Shown piece by piece: positions 11,480 through 24,490 of a stretch of DNA of 64,000 nt. The notes below the pieces were generated by a model. The model was not told where the DNA came from. It saw only the letters and a list, made by a program, of their open reading frames with translations, and ran no database searches. The DNA comes from Lama glama (lineage: Eukaryota). Made by a program: the position numbers and the translations under genes. Numbering within the stretch: position 1 is the first letter of the stretch; every line of letters begins with the position of its first letter. The DNA is taken from the NCBI GenBank assembly GCA_028534125.1, contig CM052818.1:8062001-8126000 (forward strand). The letters are read 5' to 3'.

Positions 11480-13375
11480 AAGGTCATTGTGCAAACCAGT
11501 CTTTTTTACATTGAAGCCCAGGTTAACAAGCTTCCTAATACATACCAAGCTTCCAATCAGTGTTTTGGAGACTCACTTTTAAATATTACCAGAGAGCCAG
11601 AGATCCATGGTACTTCTGAGGAAATCTCTATCTGTAAATCTGAAATCTGTGAGTCTGAGGCTAAAACAAACAAAACAAACTGAAAAGAATCAGGAATAGT
11701 GCAATAAACAAAACTAAATTCAGGGAATTAAAATTAATCCCCACAGAGAAATAAGAGGAGCTCTTGCATCCTTGAAATAAGAACAGGATGCTATTTTGCT
11801 ATTTTTGTAAAAGGAATACTCAGGGAAAAGGAAAGCTCTTGGGAATTAAAAATATGACAGATTAAATAGAAAAATTAATAGAAGAATTGAAAGACAAAGT
11901 TAAAATACTCCTGTGATGCAGAACAGAGTGACAAAAGGATATGGTAGTGAGCAATAGGCAACAGGAGATAAGAAAAGTAGAGTATCAGGCCAGAAGGTCA
12001 AACATCTTACTAATGAGAGAAAACAGGAGAGAAGAAACAAACAAAAAAAAGAAAATTTCCCAGAACTGGAAAATGCTCGTTTCCAGTTTGAAAGGACCCA
12101 GTGATTGAAAACGAAGACCAAAACCAAGGCATATTTTGTGAATTTTAGAAAACGAAAGATAGAGAAGATCCAAAAAGCTTTTGGAGTAAAAAAGAAAAAT
12201 AAGACACAGAAAGGAATGGGAATCAGACTTATACCAGACTTCTCAACAGCAACACAGAGTTAGAAGGTAGTGGAATGATGCCTTCAAGATTCTGAAGGGA
12301 AATGATTTTTAGCCTAGAATTCTATATCTAGGATTCTAAATTGTTATTCAAGCAAGAACATTTTCAGCCTTGCTAGCTCTCAAAAAACTCACCTACCTGC
12401 CATGCACTTTTTCTCAGGAAGTTATTGGAAGATGTACTGCCCTAAAGCAACATACCAAACCAAGAAACAAGATTCTTGGGATCCAGGAAACAAGATTCTT
12501 GGGATCCAGGAAACAGGATTATACACAGGAAGGAAGTGAAGAGAAGTCTTAGGGTGATAACTGTGCCTTAGACCTAGAGAGCAGCTAGTCCAAGCTGGGA
12601 CAGGGGACAGAAAGTTCTTCTAAGAATGTTGGAGGAAGGGAAAAAAAGAGCTAATAGATCTGATATCTGATCTGATCTCAGAGAATTAACAGTAACGTTT
12701 AATAAGAGATAATAAAAGATATAATTAAACAATAATTACATGGTTGATATATTTATGTATATCATTATGTATAAATAATGTTCTTTAAGAAGTTTCAAGT
12801 ACTATTTCTTGTGGTGTTAATTTTCCTCACCCTTTTAGGTAATAGATGTCTATCACTGAAGGTGTCATTATACAGGCTTAGTGTCTTGGTGACAATACCA
12901 CTCAGGACCAACCCAAATCCCCACGGCACATAACCTTTACCAGGTGGCCTGAGACTGACTCAATGTACTGGGTGTCCTTTAGCCACCCATTTGGGCTTCC
13001 TCCAACTAGATGCCTCATTTAGACTTGATCTAATTCTAACTGTCCCCAAGGGTTACCCAGCATAGTATATATAGGCTGGTTTATCTCACAGTACCTACTA
13101 GTTAGCTCACTTGCTTTGATAATTTATCAAGTTAAGTAATGACTTTTATTCAGGTTTCTGTTACATGCCCCTGAATGCAATTCTAATGACACAACACATT
13201 TAGAAATGTGGTGGTAGAAACAGAAGAAATCACTGAGAGTTGAACATGATTACATTTGAGAGTGGGATGAGAGGCTGTGGTGGGATAAGACAGTAAGCAG
13301 CTGTTTTAATTCCAAGTATTCTTTGACATTTTAACAATTTATACATGCATTTCTTTAATTGAAATATTTTTAAAA
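11480..13375 (+). mobile_element. HAL1-like (ORF1-only L1 relative) decayed element, interrupted at ~12860-13190
   Basis: cagacttctcaacagcaacac..aatgatgccttcaagattctgaagggaaatgattttt agcctagaattctata..ttctcaggaagttattggaagatgt..gggatccaggaaacagg..cctagagagcagctagtccaag matches recalled HAL1. Confidence 0.7.
12863..13191 (+). mobile_element. Possible solo LTR (MaLR/MLT1-like 3' end) nested in the HAL1-like element
   Basis: Begins TGTCATTA and ends TAATGACA (8-bp inverted ends, TG...CA); 3' end ctgttacatgcccctgaatgcaattctaatgaca resembles MLT1 termini; no TSD seen. Confidence 0.4.
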
Positions 13376-13377
13376 CA

Positions 13378-13782
13378 TGCCAGGAGTGCTTCTGAGAGTC
13401 AGATGTCAAGCTGGTACTAGGACTGCAGGTGATTTATGGGGGAGATGTGAAAGATAAAGGCCAAGGGAGCAGGAGTAGGTGGGGAAGCTTTTTTGACTGT
13501 GATACTGATCTGAACTCTGTGGAAGGAGAGGAAGAGACGATTGGGTATGAAGAGCCTCAGGCTGCAGCATGGTGCTCAGAGAGTTTCAGCCAGACCACGT
13601 GAAGAGTCCCCGAGCCAAAGTTGCTCATTAGAGGAGTCCCCTGTGGGACTATACCATATCATGCTCAGTCAGTGGCTAGTAGCCCCTGGGTACATTTGGT
13701 CTTTGTCAGTCAACCATCTTCCCAGCCCAAGTTCCTCCTGGAGGAGTTCTGAGTGATGCACGTCCATGGCCATTGCACCCAC
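13378..13782 (-). mobile_element. LTR16-like ERVL solo LTR
   Basis: Minus strand begins ..tggccatggacgtgcatcactcagaactcctcc..; body gagtccccgagccaaagttgctcattagaggagtccc resembles recalled LTR16. Confidence 0.6.
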
Positions 13783-14819
13783 AAAGGTTTACATTAAAAA
13801 TAAGAGTGTGTATCTGTATGTGTGCATAATACAGTACTGTACCTGAGCAATCTTAATGTTCAGCTAGCCTATTTAATAACATGATCTAATAATTATTCTT
13901 TAGGCCAAAAAAAAATCATTCCTTTCCAGGAAAAATAGAAAGAACATTTACATTGTATCTTGACTACTTCAAACCAAAGTTTGATGACCTATGATAATTC
14001 TTCTATACATTAATTATTTACTCTTAAAAATACAGTAAGATATGAACCCAGTTTTGGAACACAGTTATGACACAAGATTTTGATCTTCTTTATAATAGTG
14101 TATCTTTGTATCATCAATCAACATTTCCTTCCTTTTCTTTTCATAAATGATTCTTTCTTCTCTTGTATTGTTTTCATTTAAAAACATTTCTCTAAAGAAG
14201 CTCATAATGCCCTGTCTCTGCCCCTGGCATTTGTGTCTAATAATGTTTTGGAAGCTTCAAGGTATTTTGCCACAAAGGAAGCCAGTTTAGGACTATGAAC
14301 TTCCTTCGTATATCCAGTTATATAGTTAATAGTAAATATGTGTAAAGCTAAATGAGTTCAAAATCTTAATAATCTAATGCTTCTCTAATTGATTTTCAGA
14401 TATACTTATGAAGTAGTAACAAACACATGCCAGGCATTTATCTACTTTATAAGGAGAGAGTAAAATTTTATATCGATATCTAGCTAATGATAAGACTTAA
14501 TGTACTGTATTTGAGTACTTGTACTGAATTTTTATACAAAAACTTAAAATATGACTTACTTCTCATTTAGAACTTTGTATTAGATCTGCAATCTGGAATG
14601 TGCCAGTTAGTAATGTACATATAAACTAAGCATTTAAGGTTGAGTATGCGAACCCAGCAACTTTACACTCATGATATTTGAGGATATTATGTTATATATA
14701 TGCCAACATAGCTGATAGAGAAAACATCACCTACTTTTGCCAAATTGTGATTTATACTACTTATTTTTAAAAGTGAAGTTAAAAAATAAAACTATCAGGT
14801 TAGCAGATACACTATTAAG

Positions 14820-15535
14820 TATCTGCTATTTGTATATCATCTTTGGAGAAATGTCTATTCAAGTCCTTTGCCCATTTTTTAATTGGGTTATTTGATTTTT
14901 CATTGTTAAGTTACAGGAGTTTTTAAAAAATATATTCTGAATATCAGCCACTTTGTCATATATATGATTTGCAAATATTTTCTCCCATTCTGAGATTGCG
15001 TTTTCACCCTCTGATGCAGTCGTTAATTGTGTCCTCTGATGTACAGATTTTTAAAGTTTTATGTAGTCTCATTTGTCAATTTTTGCTTTTGGTGTCATAT
15101 CCAAAAATAATTTTCGAATCTAACATCATGAAGTTTTTCCCCTGTGGTTTCTTCAGGGAGTTTTATAGTTTTGCTTCTAAGTGTATGTAGATCTTTAATC
15201 CATTTTGAGTTAATTTTTGTGTATGGTGTAAGATAAGGGTCTGTTTTCATTTTTTTGCATGTGGATGTTCAGCACCGTTTGTTGAAGAGACTGTTCTTTC
15301 CCTATTGAGTGGTCTCAATAGTCTTACTGAAGATCATTTGATCATATATGTGAAGGTATACTTCTGGGCTCTCTATTCTGTTCTATTGGTCTGTAAGTCT
15401 GTCTTTTGCCAGTATCATGCTGTTTTGATTTTTGTGGCTTTATAATATATTTTGAAATTGGGAAGTGTGAGTCCTCTAACTTTGGTCTTTTTCAGAATTG
15501 TTTTGGCTATTTGGGATCCCTTGAGATTCCCAGTC
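14820..15535 (-). mobile_element. Old L1 (L1M) ORF2 3' fragment
   Basis: tttggagaaatgtctattcaagtcctttgcccattttt..ccattttgagttaatttttgtgtatggtgtaagataaggg..cagcaccgtttgttgaagagactg, typical antisense L1 ORF2. Confidence 0.9.
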
Positions 15536-15579
15536 AACTTAAATAGACACTACTCTTTTCTATTTAAACAGATAGACAC

Positions 15580-17160
15580 AATTAGCACTGATCTCAGGCA
15601 CCCCCATGTCTTATCCCTTCCTTCAGAATCAGATTTCTCAAAAGAATTGTCTCTGTTCAGGGTCTTTATTTCTCTGTTGCTCACTCAGCACTTAACCAAT
15701 TTCAATCACGCCTCTCTCCTGATGACACTGAAAACCTTTCCACTAAGTTTACAAAAAACATCTCTGTGTCACTGAATCCAATAGACTTTTTTTTAAAAAT
15801 AAATTATCATCTTAGATATCCAGGAGGATTTAACAGTACTGGTCCCTCCATTGTTCTTGAAATGCTTTTTCTGTTAGTTCCCCATGGCTTTGCTCTCCTA
15901 GTATTCTTCCTGTCTCTCCAGCATTCTTCTCTGTGTTCTTTTCAGGCCTATGTTTCTTTCCGCTGTGCTTGAATGTTAGAATTCCTTAAGGCTCGATTCT
16001 AAGCTCTCTCCCCTCTCCTCTTAACTCCTGGCTTATCAAATTTATGTTCATAGCTTCAGTGCCCCTTCTCTCTAGAGCTCAGACCTCTCCCCTGGGCTCT
16101 AGATCCATAAATCCAGCTACCTACTTGCCTTCTCCCCTTTGGTACCTAAAAGATACTTAAAACACAGTATCTCTAAAATGGAACTCAGCAGCCTTGACCT
16201 TTTCCTCACATACCATTCCAGCCTCAGTAAATGGCCCTGTCTTGCATTCGTTTTTGGAGACCAGAAATCTAGAAGCCACCTGTTTATTCTGAAAATTATC
16301 CTCTTCTCTACCCAGCTCCTACTTCTCCCCTGACCACATACCCAACTAACCTCTGATTCTTACTGACTTTATCTTGTAAATCACTCTCACATCTGCCAGA
16401 GACTTTTCATCCCTTCCCTCATAACTTTAGTCAGAGCCACCTCCCTTCGCCTCCCTTCTGGAATACTTTAGCACTTCCTAACTATTCTACCTGCTTCTGT
16501 TTTTGCTCCCCACCAATCAATCCTCCAAAATGATTTTTTAAAGGCAATTTTGTTGCTCCCCTGATTAAAACTTTTCTACAGCTCTGGAGAATAGATAGGA
16601 AACTGGTGAATCAGGGAGGGGAGCAGAGGTGGGAGGGATACAGGGATAGGAATAAGACTTTGATTTGTATACCTCTGTATAATTTATTGTCATTTTTCTG
16701 TTGGAACTACATGAATGTATTATCTTTTATCTTAAATCAATAAGTTGAATTTTAAAAATTATAGCATCACACTGTTCTTAAGATAAAGGCTATACTGAAC
16801 TGGTCCCAACCTACCTACCTTTTTAACTTCACCTCTTACCAAACTCTCTTCTAATCTCAGTACCACAACCACACCAGGCTTCTGTTGCCATCCCTCATGT
16901 TCTACGTGCTTTCTCTTGCTTCAGGGCCTTTGCACAAATTGTTCTTAGGTCTGCCTGAAATGCCCGTTGCTCCCCTTTCACTGAGGAAGCACGTTCTTAT
17001 CCTTAGGTCTTAGACCATGAGATACCACTTCCTCAGGGAAGCTTTCCCTGACAAGCTCTATCCCATCTTACGTGCAATTACAACTCCATGTTCTTCTTGG
17101 TACTCACTGCAGTTCCAGTTTTACATTTGTTGTGTGACTGTCTAATTACTATCCACCTTA
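15580..17160 (-). mobile_element. Decayed L2 fragments (with a short intervening old L1-like piece ~16580-16760)
   Basis: ctcagacctctcccctgggctctagatccataaatccagctacctacttg..; tcagggcctttgcacaaattgttc..ctgcctgaaatgccc; typical L2 3' sequence. Confidence 0.7.
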
Positions 17161-19124
17161 TTGATTTGAGTGAAAGTTCCATTGCAGTAACAATTTAATA
17201 ATACTGATCCTAAGAGATCCCTGCTACGCTTAAACCCATCATAATATCCTATTGCGTGTTAAGGGTAAGTGTGTGTGTTTTTAACTCAGGAAGTGCTGTT
17301 GTCAGTCTTCAGTAGGGGACTGTTATATACAAAGTTTCCAAAATGACTTTCTTGGAACATCTTCAAAGATTAGTATTTCATGGATTAAGCTTTGGGGAAG
17401 GCTTTGACATTTATGCTATATTAGTATGTGCTGCATGGAAAGAGAAGGGGTGGTGCCAAGGGCAGCTTTTGAGTGTTGCCCTAGTGAGAGGATGGACAAG
17501 GAGTCATATTAAAAATTACACATGTGAGAGAAATTGAAGAAAGAGTATCAGAAGAATTTACTGGTGAATTTGAAGTTTCTTGGGTAAAGGTGAACAAGTA
17601 AAATGGGACACAGCGCAAACAGACACGTAGTGCAAGTGCCACCCCGCCCCAAGCTCATTCCGCTTTCCGTGTTAACCAGTCAGCAGTTTGGTCTGTGTCC
17701 TCCTCCTGTGCATTTACAAACACTCATCTGTGTGTAAGTATGTGTATACATATATTTTTAAATGAATGGACTCACTCTCGCCATACTCTTCATGTAACAA
17801 TGTATAACACATTTATCAATGATCTACATCTGCCCTTCTTATTTTAAGTCGGTACAGAATAATCCATAGTTTGGAGGTCCCATACTTTACAACTGTTAGT
17901 GATAATCTTTTAGTAAATAAAGAAATTGGACATGGGTGAGCAATCTGAAAAGGCAATACTATAAGAAAAAGAAGTGTCTTAAATTTTTTAATAAGTGAAA
18001 TTGCAGAGGAGAGGAACTCAGTTCAGTTTCCTACTCATTCCTTTTAGTAAGGAGCCACTACTGTAGTTCATTTTCAGTGTGATTCAAATTCCAGCACCTT
18101 TTGTGGCATTAAAGCATTCTTTGAAACCACACAATAAGAAATATATTTGTGGCCAGATATTTAATGGCTGCTCCTTTAATTTTGAAAAATTTATAGAAAA
18201 ATAACACATTAAAAAGTCATCCATAATTCCAATTTTTAAAAAATCTATGAGGCTAGAAGTTAAAGTTCATGCCTCAAGCTCCCAATTCCACCTCTTTGGG
18301 ATACCTCCTGTCAAGTTTGGGGCAAATTCTTTCTTGTATTTATACAATTTCTTTATGCATGTATGTACATCTACTACACCTGCTTTTCCTCTAATAAAAT
18401 GAGATGATGCTATTTATGTAGGTCTGTAGCTTTTAAAATTTTACCCCCCACCCCACATCAGCAATGTGTCATGGACCTGGGCAGAAATTTTCTGTTTAAT
18501 TAAACTTATCTATCTTTTATGTTATCTCCATTTGTTTTCTTGTACTAACAACATTCACAATAACCAAACTAAGAAGCAACTGATTTATCAACTGGCACAG
18601 CAGTTTATTAACTTACAGTGTGAGATGTATCTGGCATCATAGACTTTGCTCATTTGCTTGAGGCATTCCCACCTGATGGATGAATTACTCAAGAGACTAA
18701 ATTATAGATAAGAAGGCTGATTGGTGAGCTGAGAATTAGAACAAAAGCAAGGAGGTGTTCTTACAGGATATTTCTATCATGGATGGCTCTCTGATTTGCC
18801 CTTGGGCTTTTTCAGTCTTGACAACCGGCATTAGTTATCAGAGTTATAGTCCTGAAAGTGGTTAGATATGTTTGGAACAGGCTTCCTCCAGGCTCCTGAT
18901 CTGAACTGCACACTGCCCACCGCTCCATTTAATATACCTGACCAGGTCCTCATTTGTAACCTTTTCTTTATGTGAGAAAAGTATTGATTAGAATTTGAAG
19001 TGCTCCCAAATCTGCTTGATGGGGATATGGAAAATATCTTTGCCTCCACAGCAACACATTAACGAGTGCTGGGTTCAGGTGAGCCTTTGTGGAAGTGGCT
19101 AAAATATAGAGATGTGGTAACCAC

Positions 19125-19190
19125 TGAGTCTCCAGACATTACCCAGTGTCCCCTGACAGCCACAATCTCCCCCATTTGAGAACCGCTGGT
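19125..19190 (+). mobile_element. MER20-like hAT fragment (3' end)
   Basis: gtctccagacattacccagtgtcccctg..aatctcccccatttgagaaccgctg. Confidence 0.55.
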
Positions 19191-21879
19191 TTAGAGGGAA
19201 GGAGCTAGAGAGACGAAAACCAAATGGGCTATTGCATGTAAATCAATCAGTTGAGAGTTAAAGGATATTAGTTCCTTAGCAGCAGAAGAAAGAATATAGG
19301 ATTTATCCTATGTCTTGGGCTCTACTTCTCTACTAATTATGAGACCTTTGGTTAGTTGCTTTACCCTCCTGATTGTGAGTTAGTATAAGGATTAACCTTG
19401 TTATTATTTTTTTTTAACTTGCATACCTTTTATGTACCAGAGTTGTACGAGCATTTTACATGAATTATAGAGATAGTGTATATTAAAGTCCCCTGTATAT
19501 TATAAAATTCTGTGCAAAAGTAGTGTTCTGTCCTGTTCACTTCTTATCACTGCTTTTATTCTTTAGATCTTTAAAACTACTGACAAAAACAAGATTTACC
19601 TCTGGTACCTTATTCTTTTGTGACTTTTCCAAAATATTATGAATATTTTCTAAGAAGAATCACTTTTATGTAATTATTACATATATAAAAGAGCTAGATT
19701 TAAAATTACATTAGGGATTAAAATGTGGCATTGCTCATTTTATGAGAATAAGTAAGAAAATGAGATTTCTTAACTTGAAGTAGACTCAGGCAGATTTCTG
19801 AGCATGTATCTACTCTGTATACTGAATAACATCACACAGATCTTTGGAAAACCTCATTGTTAACACTTCCCTATCCAGAAAAATACCTGTTTCTTCCTTG
19901 TCCTTTTGTTTCTTGTCCTTAGTTAATTCTCTCTAGTGAGTCAATTAAATTTTTTTCTTATCCTTGTCTTAAGTACATTCACTTTTGTCTCTCTACTTTA
20001 ATGGATTAGTCAGGCATGATTTCCCTCTATACTCAATAACTGTTTGCTGCATGTCGGAATAAATTACAGAAAACATGTTATCTGCCTCTAACAGGTTATC
20101 TGCTAAAATGATCAGCGACCCTACACTTCATTATAGATTTCCCCAATGTAATGTTGTTTGACTGTCTATAGTTCTGAGTTTCTCCAGAATTTATCCCATG
20201 GATTGGATTAGGGGGCAGATTTGAGAGAGCTGTTGGGTACCATCATGATGCAAATTCACTGGGCCTCCAGAGGAGTGAGGTTTATAATACTTCAAACATT
20301 TACTTCAGCCCTAGAATTCACTCCAAGGATCCTAATACTTTGTTGCCCCTCTGGATTGTGGTGTTGAGCACTTGCTGTCTCCCACATGTCTCCTAATGAT
20401 TTCACGGGATCAGTCTTGGCTGCCCTGTCCGTGATTCACCTCTTACATCAAGGATTGAACCTGTCACCCATTGCTGAGTTTTAGTATTGACCCTCCATAC
20501 CTTTACTTTGCACTTCTCCCCAGATGTGATAATAATCACATGGATCTTGGAGTTTTCTTAACCAATGAGAATATTGAATTCAGTTGAACTGTGTGTGATT
20601 ACTATTGTAAAATAGCTCACTCGCAGTTACTTGCTGTGCCAGTTCTTCAATACCAAGTATGAGACATTTATCTTCTTTACGGCTGCTGAATTCCCTTGTC
20701 TAGGAAGCAGCCATCTATCCTAACCAAAACCTCCACTTCTCTCTGAGATGAGGTGCTCTGCCGTATTCTGCCAACGTGTGCCTGCATTGTTCACCACTGT
20801 ACGTTGCTCTATATACTTGGCATATGTAGGAGGCGTTCACATATTTTTGATCTGCTGAAGGAGTGAAACTTAGATTCTTGTGGTTGCTTATGTTTTGTTT
20901 TGCTTAATGATGTCATCTGATAAAATTTTCTCTTCTCTCAGTGCCATTTCTAATTAAGTACTCAATATAAGGTTAAGAGAAAGCAATTTAAAGAGCCATC
21001 TGAAGATCATGAAAATCATGTCAGTTTCTTAAAAGAGAAAGCACATCTCTCTAAGCTTATTGAAGAAAATGAGAAGGAGAAAATGATAAAGGCAACAGAA
21101 AGAAACATGGTCAGAGCAGAAACAGCAAGGAGGGTACTTCCTGTCTGGAATGGTATCAGAAAAGGAAAAGCTTCTGTTCCTATTTTGCCTCAGTCATCTT
21201 CTGCACAAAGAACAACATTAAAATTGGAACGGTGTTGGGAAATCCCATGGGCTTTCTCATTTATTCATCCTGTGGCTCTCTTCTCAAACTCAGATATGCT
21301 CTGGAAGTGCCTCCCTTTGCCTCTCTGTCTGCTCTTTTTCATTTTGTGAGCTGTTGAATTGACAATATATTAGAGCCCTTTTTCCTTCTTGTCCTGCCAA
21401 ACTTGCATAGGCCCTTTCTGTTTTGAAGGGCTTAAGAACTAACCTTTAGGGGAAACAGGTAGAAGCACTTTCCTGTCTGCACTAGACTATTCTCTTCCTG
21501 AGTTGCAGACTGTTTTTTCCCCCTAATTCTGTTTATCTCAATTAGCATATCCAGGAAAATCTTTGGCACCAGTACTTGGAAACTTTATGCCTCTCCACAG
21601 GTTGTTTTATAAAAATTCATTAATTAGCCTATTCATGTACTTATACCTTCTTATTCCAAAATCTGATATTAAGTATACCACTAGAATAAAAGACATTTAG
21701 AAATCTAAAATGATGGACATACCTTGAGCCTAATGAGTACCCAAACCAGGTTTCAGTAAGAGGGTAACCTGATCTTTTAACATCTCTAAAGATTCAACTA
21801 TCTCAGAGCTCAGACTTTAAACCACTTTCTCTTTTTCCTTTTCCCTCTTTCTTTGTTTTTTTGTTTTTTTTTTTTCTTG

Positions 21880-22105
21880 GATAGCAGAAATTTATTTTCT
21901 CTCACAGTTCTGGAAGCCAGAAGTCCAAGACCAAGGTGCTGTTTGGCTTCTCCCCTTGGCTTGTAGACAGCCATCTTCTTTTTTTGTTGTCATACGACCT
22001 TTCTTCTGTGTGTGCACGTGAAAAGAGAGAGCCCTCTGGTGCTTCTTCCTCTTACAAGGACACCAGTCAAATTAAATTAGGGTCCCACCCTTAGGACCTC
22101 ATCCC
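21880..22105 (-). mobile_element. MLT1-type MaLR LTR fragment
   Basis: agaaatttattttctctcacagttctggaagccagaagtccaagaccaaggtg..cttacaaggacaccagtca..ccacccttaggacctcat. Confidence 0.8.
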
Positions 22106-22109
22106 TCAT

Positions 22110-23122
22110 TTTTTAAGGAGAGCTTATCCAGTTCCATGACTTTAAATACTACCTTTACATTGGTGATGACTCAAATATAATCTCCAGCCCCCACTTCACC
22201 CTGAGCTTCAGACTACTTGATATCTCTACTTACATGTCCATAGATACCTTAAACTTAACATGTCTACAACCAAACTCTTGATTGCCCCAATCTTAAATTT
22301 GCTTCTTCTCAGGTGTCCTCTGTCTCAGTAAACCCAGTTTCCCAAAAACCTTTGAGTTTTTCTGTTGTATGCCACATCTAATCCTTTGGTAAGTCCTGGC
22401 TGATCCCCTTTAAAATGTGTTTCAACTCTATCCACATACTGTTTCCTCTAGCATTGCAGTTCTAGGTCAAGCCATCATCCTCTCTCACCTGGACCACTGC
22501 AGTAGCCTCCTGTGATCTCCTTGCTTCTACTCTTGCCCCAATTCCCCTTTAAAACATAAATTATTTTGTAATTCCCTGCTGCTTAAACCCCAGTGGCTTC
22601 TCAGCAAAGAGGTCCAATGTAGGCTGGCCCCTAAACTACCTCTCTGATTTCCCTCTGACTATCCCTCTCACTCACTCCCCTCCAGCGACACTGGCCTACC
22701 TTTCCTCAGTTGTCCTAGGCACATTCTGACCTCAGTTTTTGCATTTGCTGTTTTCTGCCTCAAACTCCCTCTCTTCAGATAATCACATGGCTTGTTCCTT
22801 CACTTCATGTGGATCTGTACTCAAATTTCATCTCCTAAGAGAGGCCTTTTTTATTTGTTTATTAGTCATCTGCTTAAAACAGCACCTTCCTAAAACCTCC
22901 ATCCTTACTGTGCTTTATTTTTCTCTGGGGTTCTTACTGCTCTCTGACATTATTTTAAAACTATTTTTTAATTGCCTGGGTCCACATTTGAATGCAAGCT
23001 TCCTGAAGGGAGGTGGGGCAAGGGCATTGTCTGTTTTGTTCAATGCTGTGTTTTCAGCACCTAGAACAGAGCCTGGCTCATACAAAATACTAAGTATTCT
23101 CTTGTGGAATGAATGAGTGAAT
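22110..23122 (-). mobile_element. L2 3' region
   Basis: ccttaaacttaacatgtctacaaccaaactcttgatt..cagcacctagaacagagcctggctcatac..gaatgaatgagtgaatg terminal repeat. Confidence 0.85.
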
Positions 23123-23739
23123 GTATGCATAAGAGGCTGCACCATCCTTTGAGAAAGATACTGAAGTTTCATCCAGGCTCACTCGGCAGGATCCACAGTC
23201 CCCAAATCACCGCCTCTACCACCATGTGTAAATCAGTTGTCTGCTGGTATGTGCATGCTTTCCAAGTGCCCCACTGATTCTTCCCTTCAAATCTTTCCAG
23301 CTTAAGTTCCCTCTTTTACCTACACTCACAGTTGTACTTTCCATCTCCATCTGACAAAAACAGTCTTTTAGAATTTTATAACATAACAAGTACTTATACA
23401 TAGAAAAAAGTAATTTTTATTAGGAGACAGTTAGTTCATGATAGTGGTTGTAAAAGCACAAAATAAGGAACAAGAAGTTTGAGATTTGGACAAATTAAAT
23501 TCCAAAGTTCTGAAGGAACTTGCATATATCTTAGAGACAATATCCTTGTTAAATCATGGTAAATGGGAACGATGATAAAAGATTGTACTGGTTACAACTC
23601 ACCTGGAGTCTGGTGTTCCATGTCTAACATTGAGTCCAGTCTGGGCATGAGATTTTTTAAAAGATAAAAAGGAATATGTTCAAGAATGGCAAACAGTATA
23701 GTGAAAACACTTCATATGAGTAGTGGTTGAACAATAATG

Positions 23740-23960
23740 ATAATAATAATAATTACAAACATTTACTATGTGCCAGACATTATTCTAAATACCGGTGAAA
23801 AGTTATTTAATCTTCATCCTGTGAAGTAGATACTATTATGTCTCTTTTCAGAGGGGGAAATGAAGTCACAGGGGTTAACTCCCTCAAAGTCACACAGCTA
23901 TAAGAAGGAGAGCCAGTGCTGATTTCATTCTGATTTCTGAGTCTGTGCTCTTAACCACTA
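23740..23960 (-). mobile_element. MIR SINE
   Basis: tactatgtgccagacattattctaaatac..tttaatcttcatcctgtgaagtagatactattat..aaagtcacacagcta..tgtgctcttaaccacta. Confidence 0.8.
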
Positions 23961-24289
23961 TATTATTATCCTTTAATATTCAAAAAGAGCACTATAGAAG
24001 AGAAATTGGGGCTACTGTAGAAGTTCTTATAAGGCAGTGTTAACTTTCACCTCAAGATCAAGCATTGCCACCTCTTTCTCAGTCCTCCCAGTCTCCGCAG
24101 TATGTACTCTTATAATAGGACCAGTAGCAACACTTTATTACACTTATTTGCTTATATCCCTACCTCTCTCTACTAACCTATATTTAACCTATTTTAAGGA
24201 TTGTATTTGATTCACTTTTGAACCACTAAATTTAGTTTACTGTTTGGCATATAATGTTCAGTTTCTCTTGAATGAAAAAACTGAATGAT

Positions 24290-24490
24290 TTTTAAATTGA
24301 TTAGAACCATCCAATGGTGGAATGGCTTTCCTGTAAGGTAATGAGCTTCTGGTCACTGGCAGCAATCAAACATGGACTGTGTACTTGAAGGATGCTTGAA
24401 AGAATGCTGCAGAAGGAACTTCCATGTCATGTGGAAGTGGAAGCTTAAACCAGGTTTCCCTCAAGCTATGAATTATTTGATCTTATGATG
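24290..24490 (+). mobile_element. CR1/L3 3' fragment (related pieces ~23440-23730)
   Basis: ccaatggtggaatggctttcctgtaaggtaatgagcttctggtcactggcagcaatcaaac resembles the L3 3' end. Confidence 0.5.

Noticed and set aside
18650..19050. Processed pseudogene or small gene (ORF 18831..19049)
   Set aside because: No recognisable protein, poly(A) or TSD; more likely a very old CR1-like remnant
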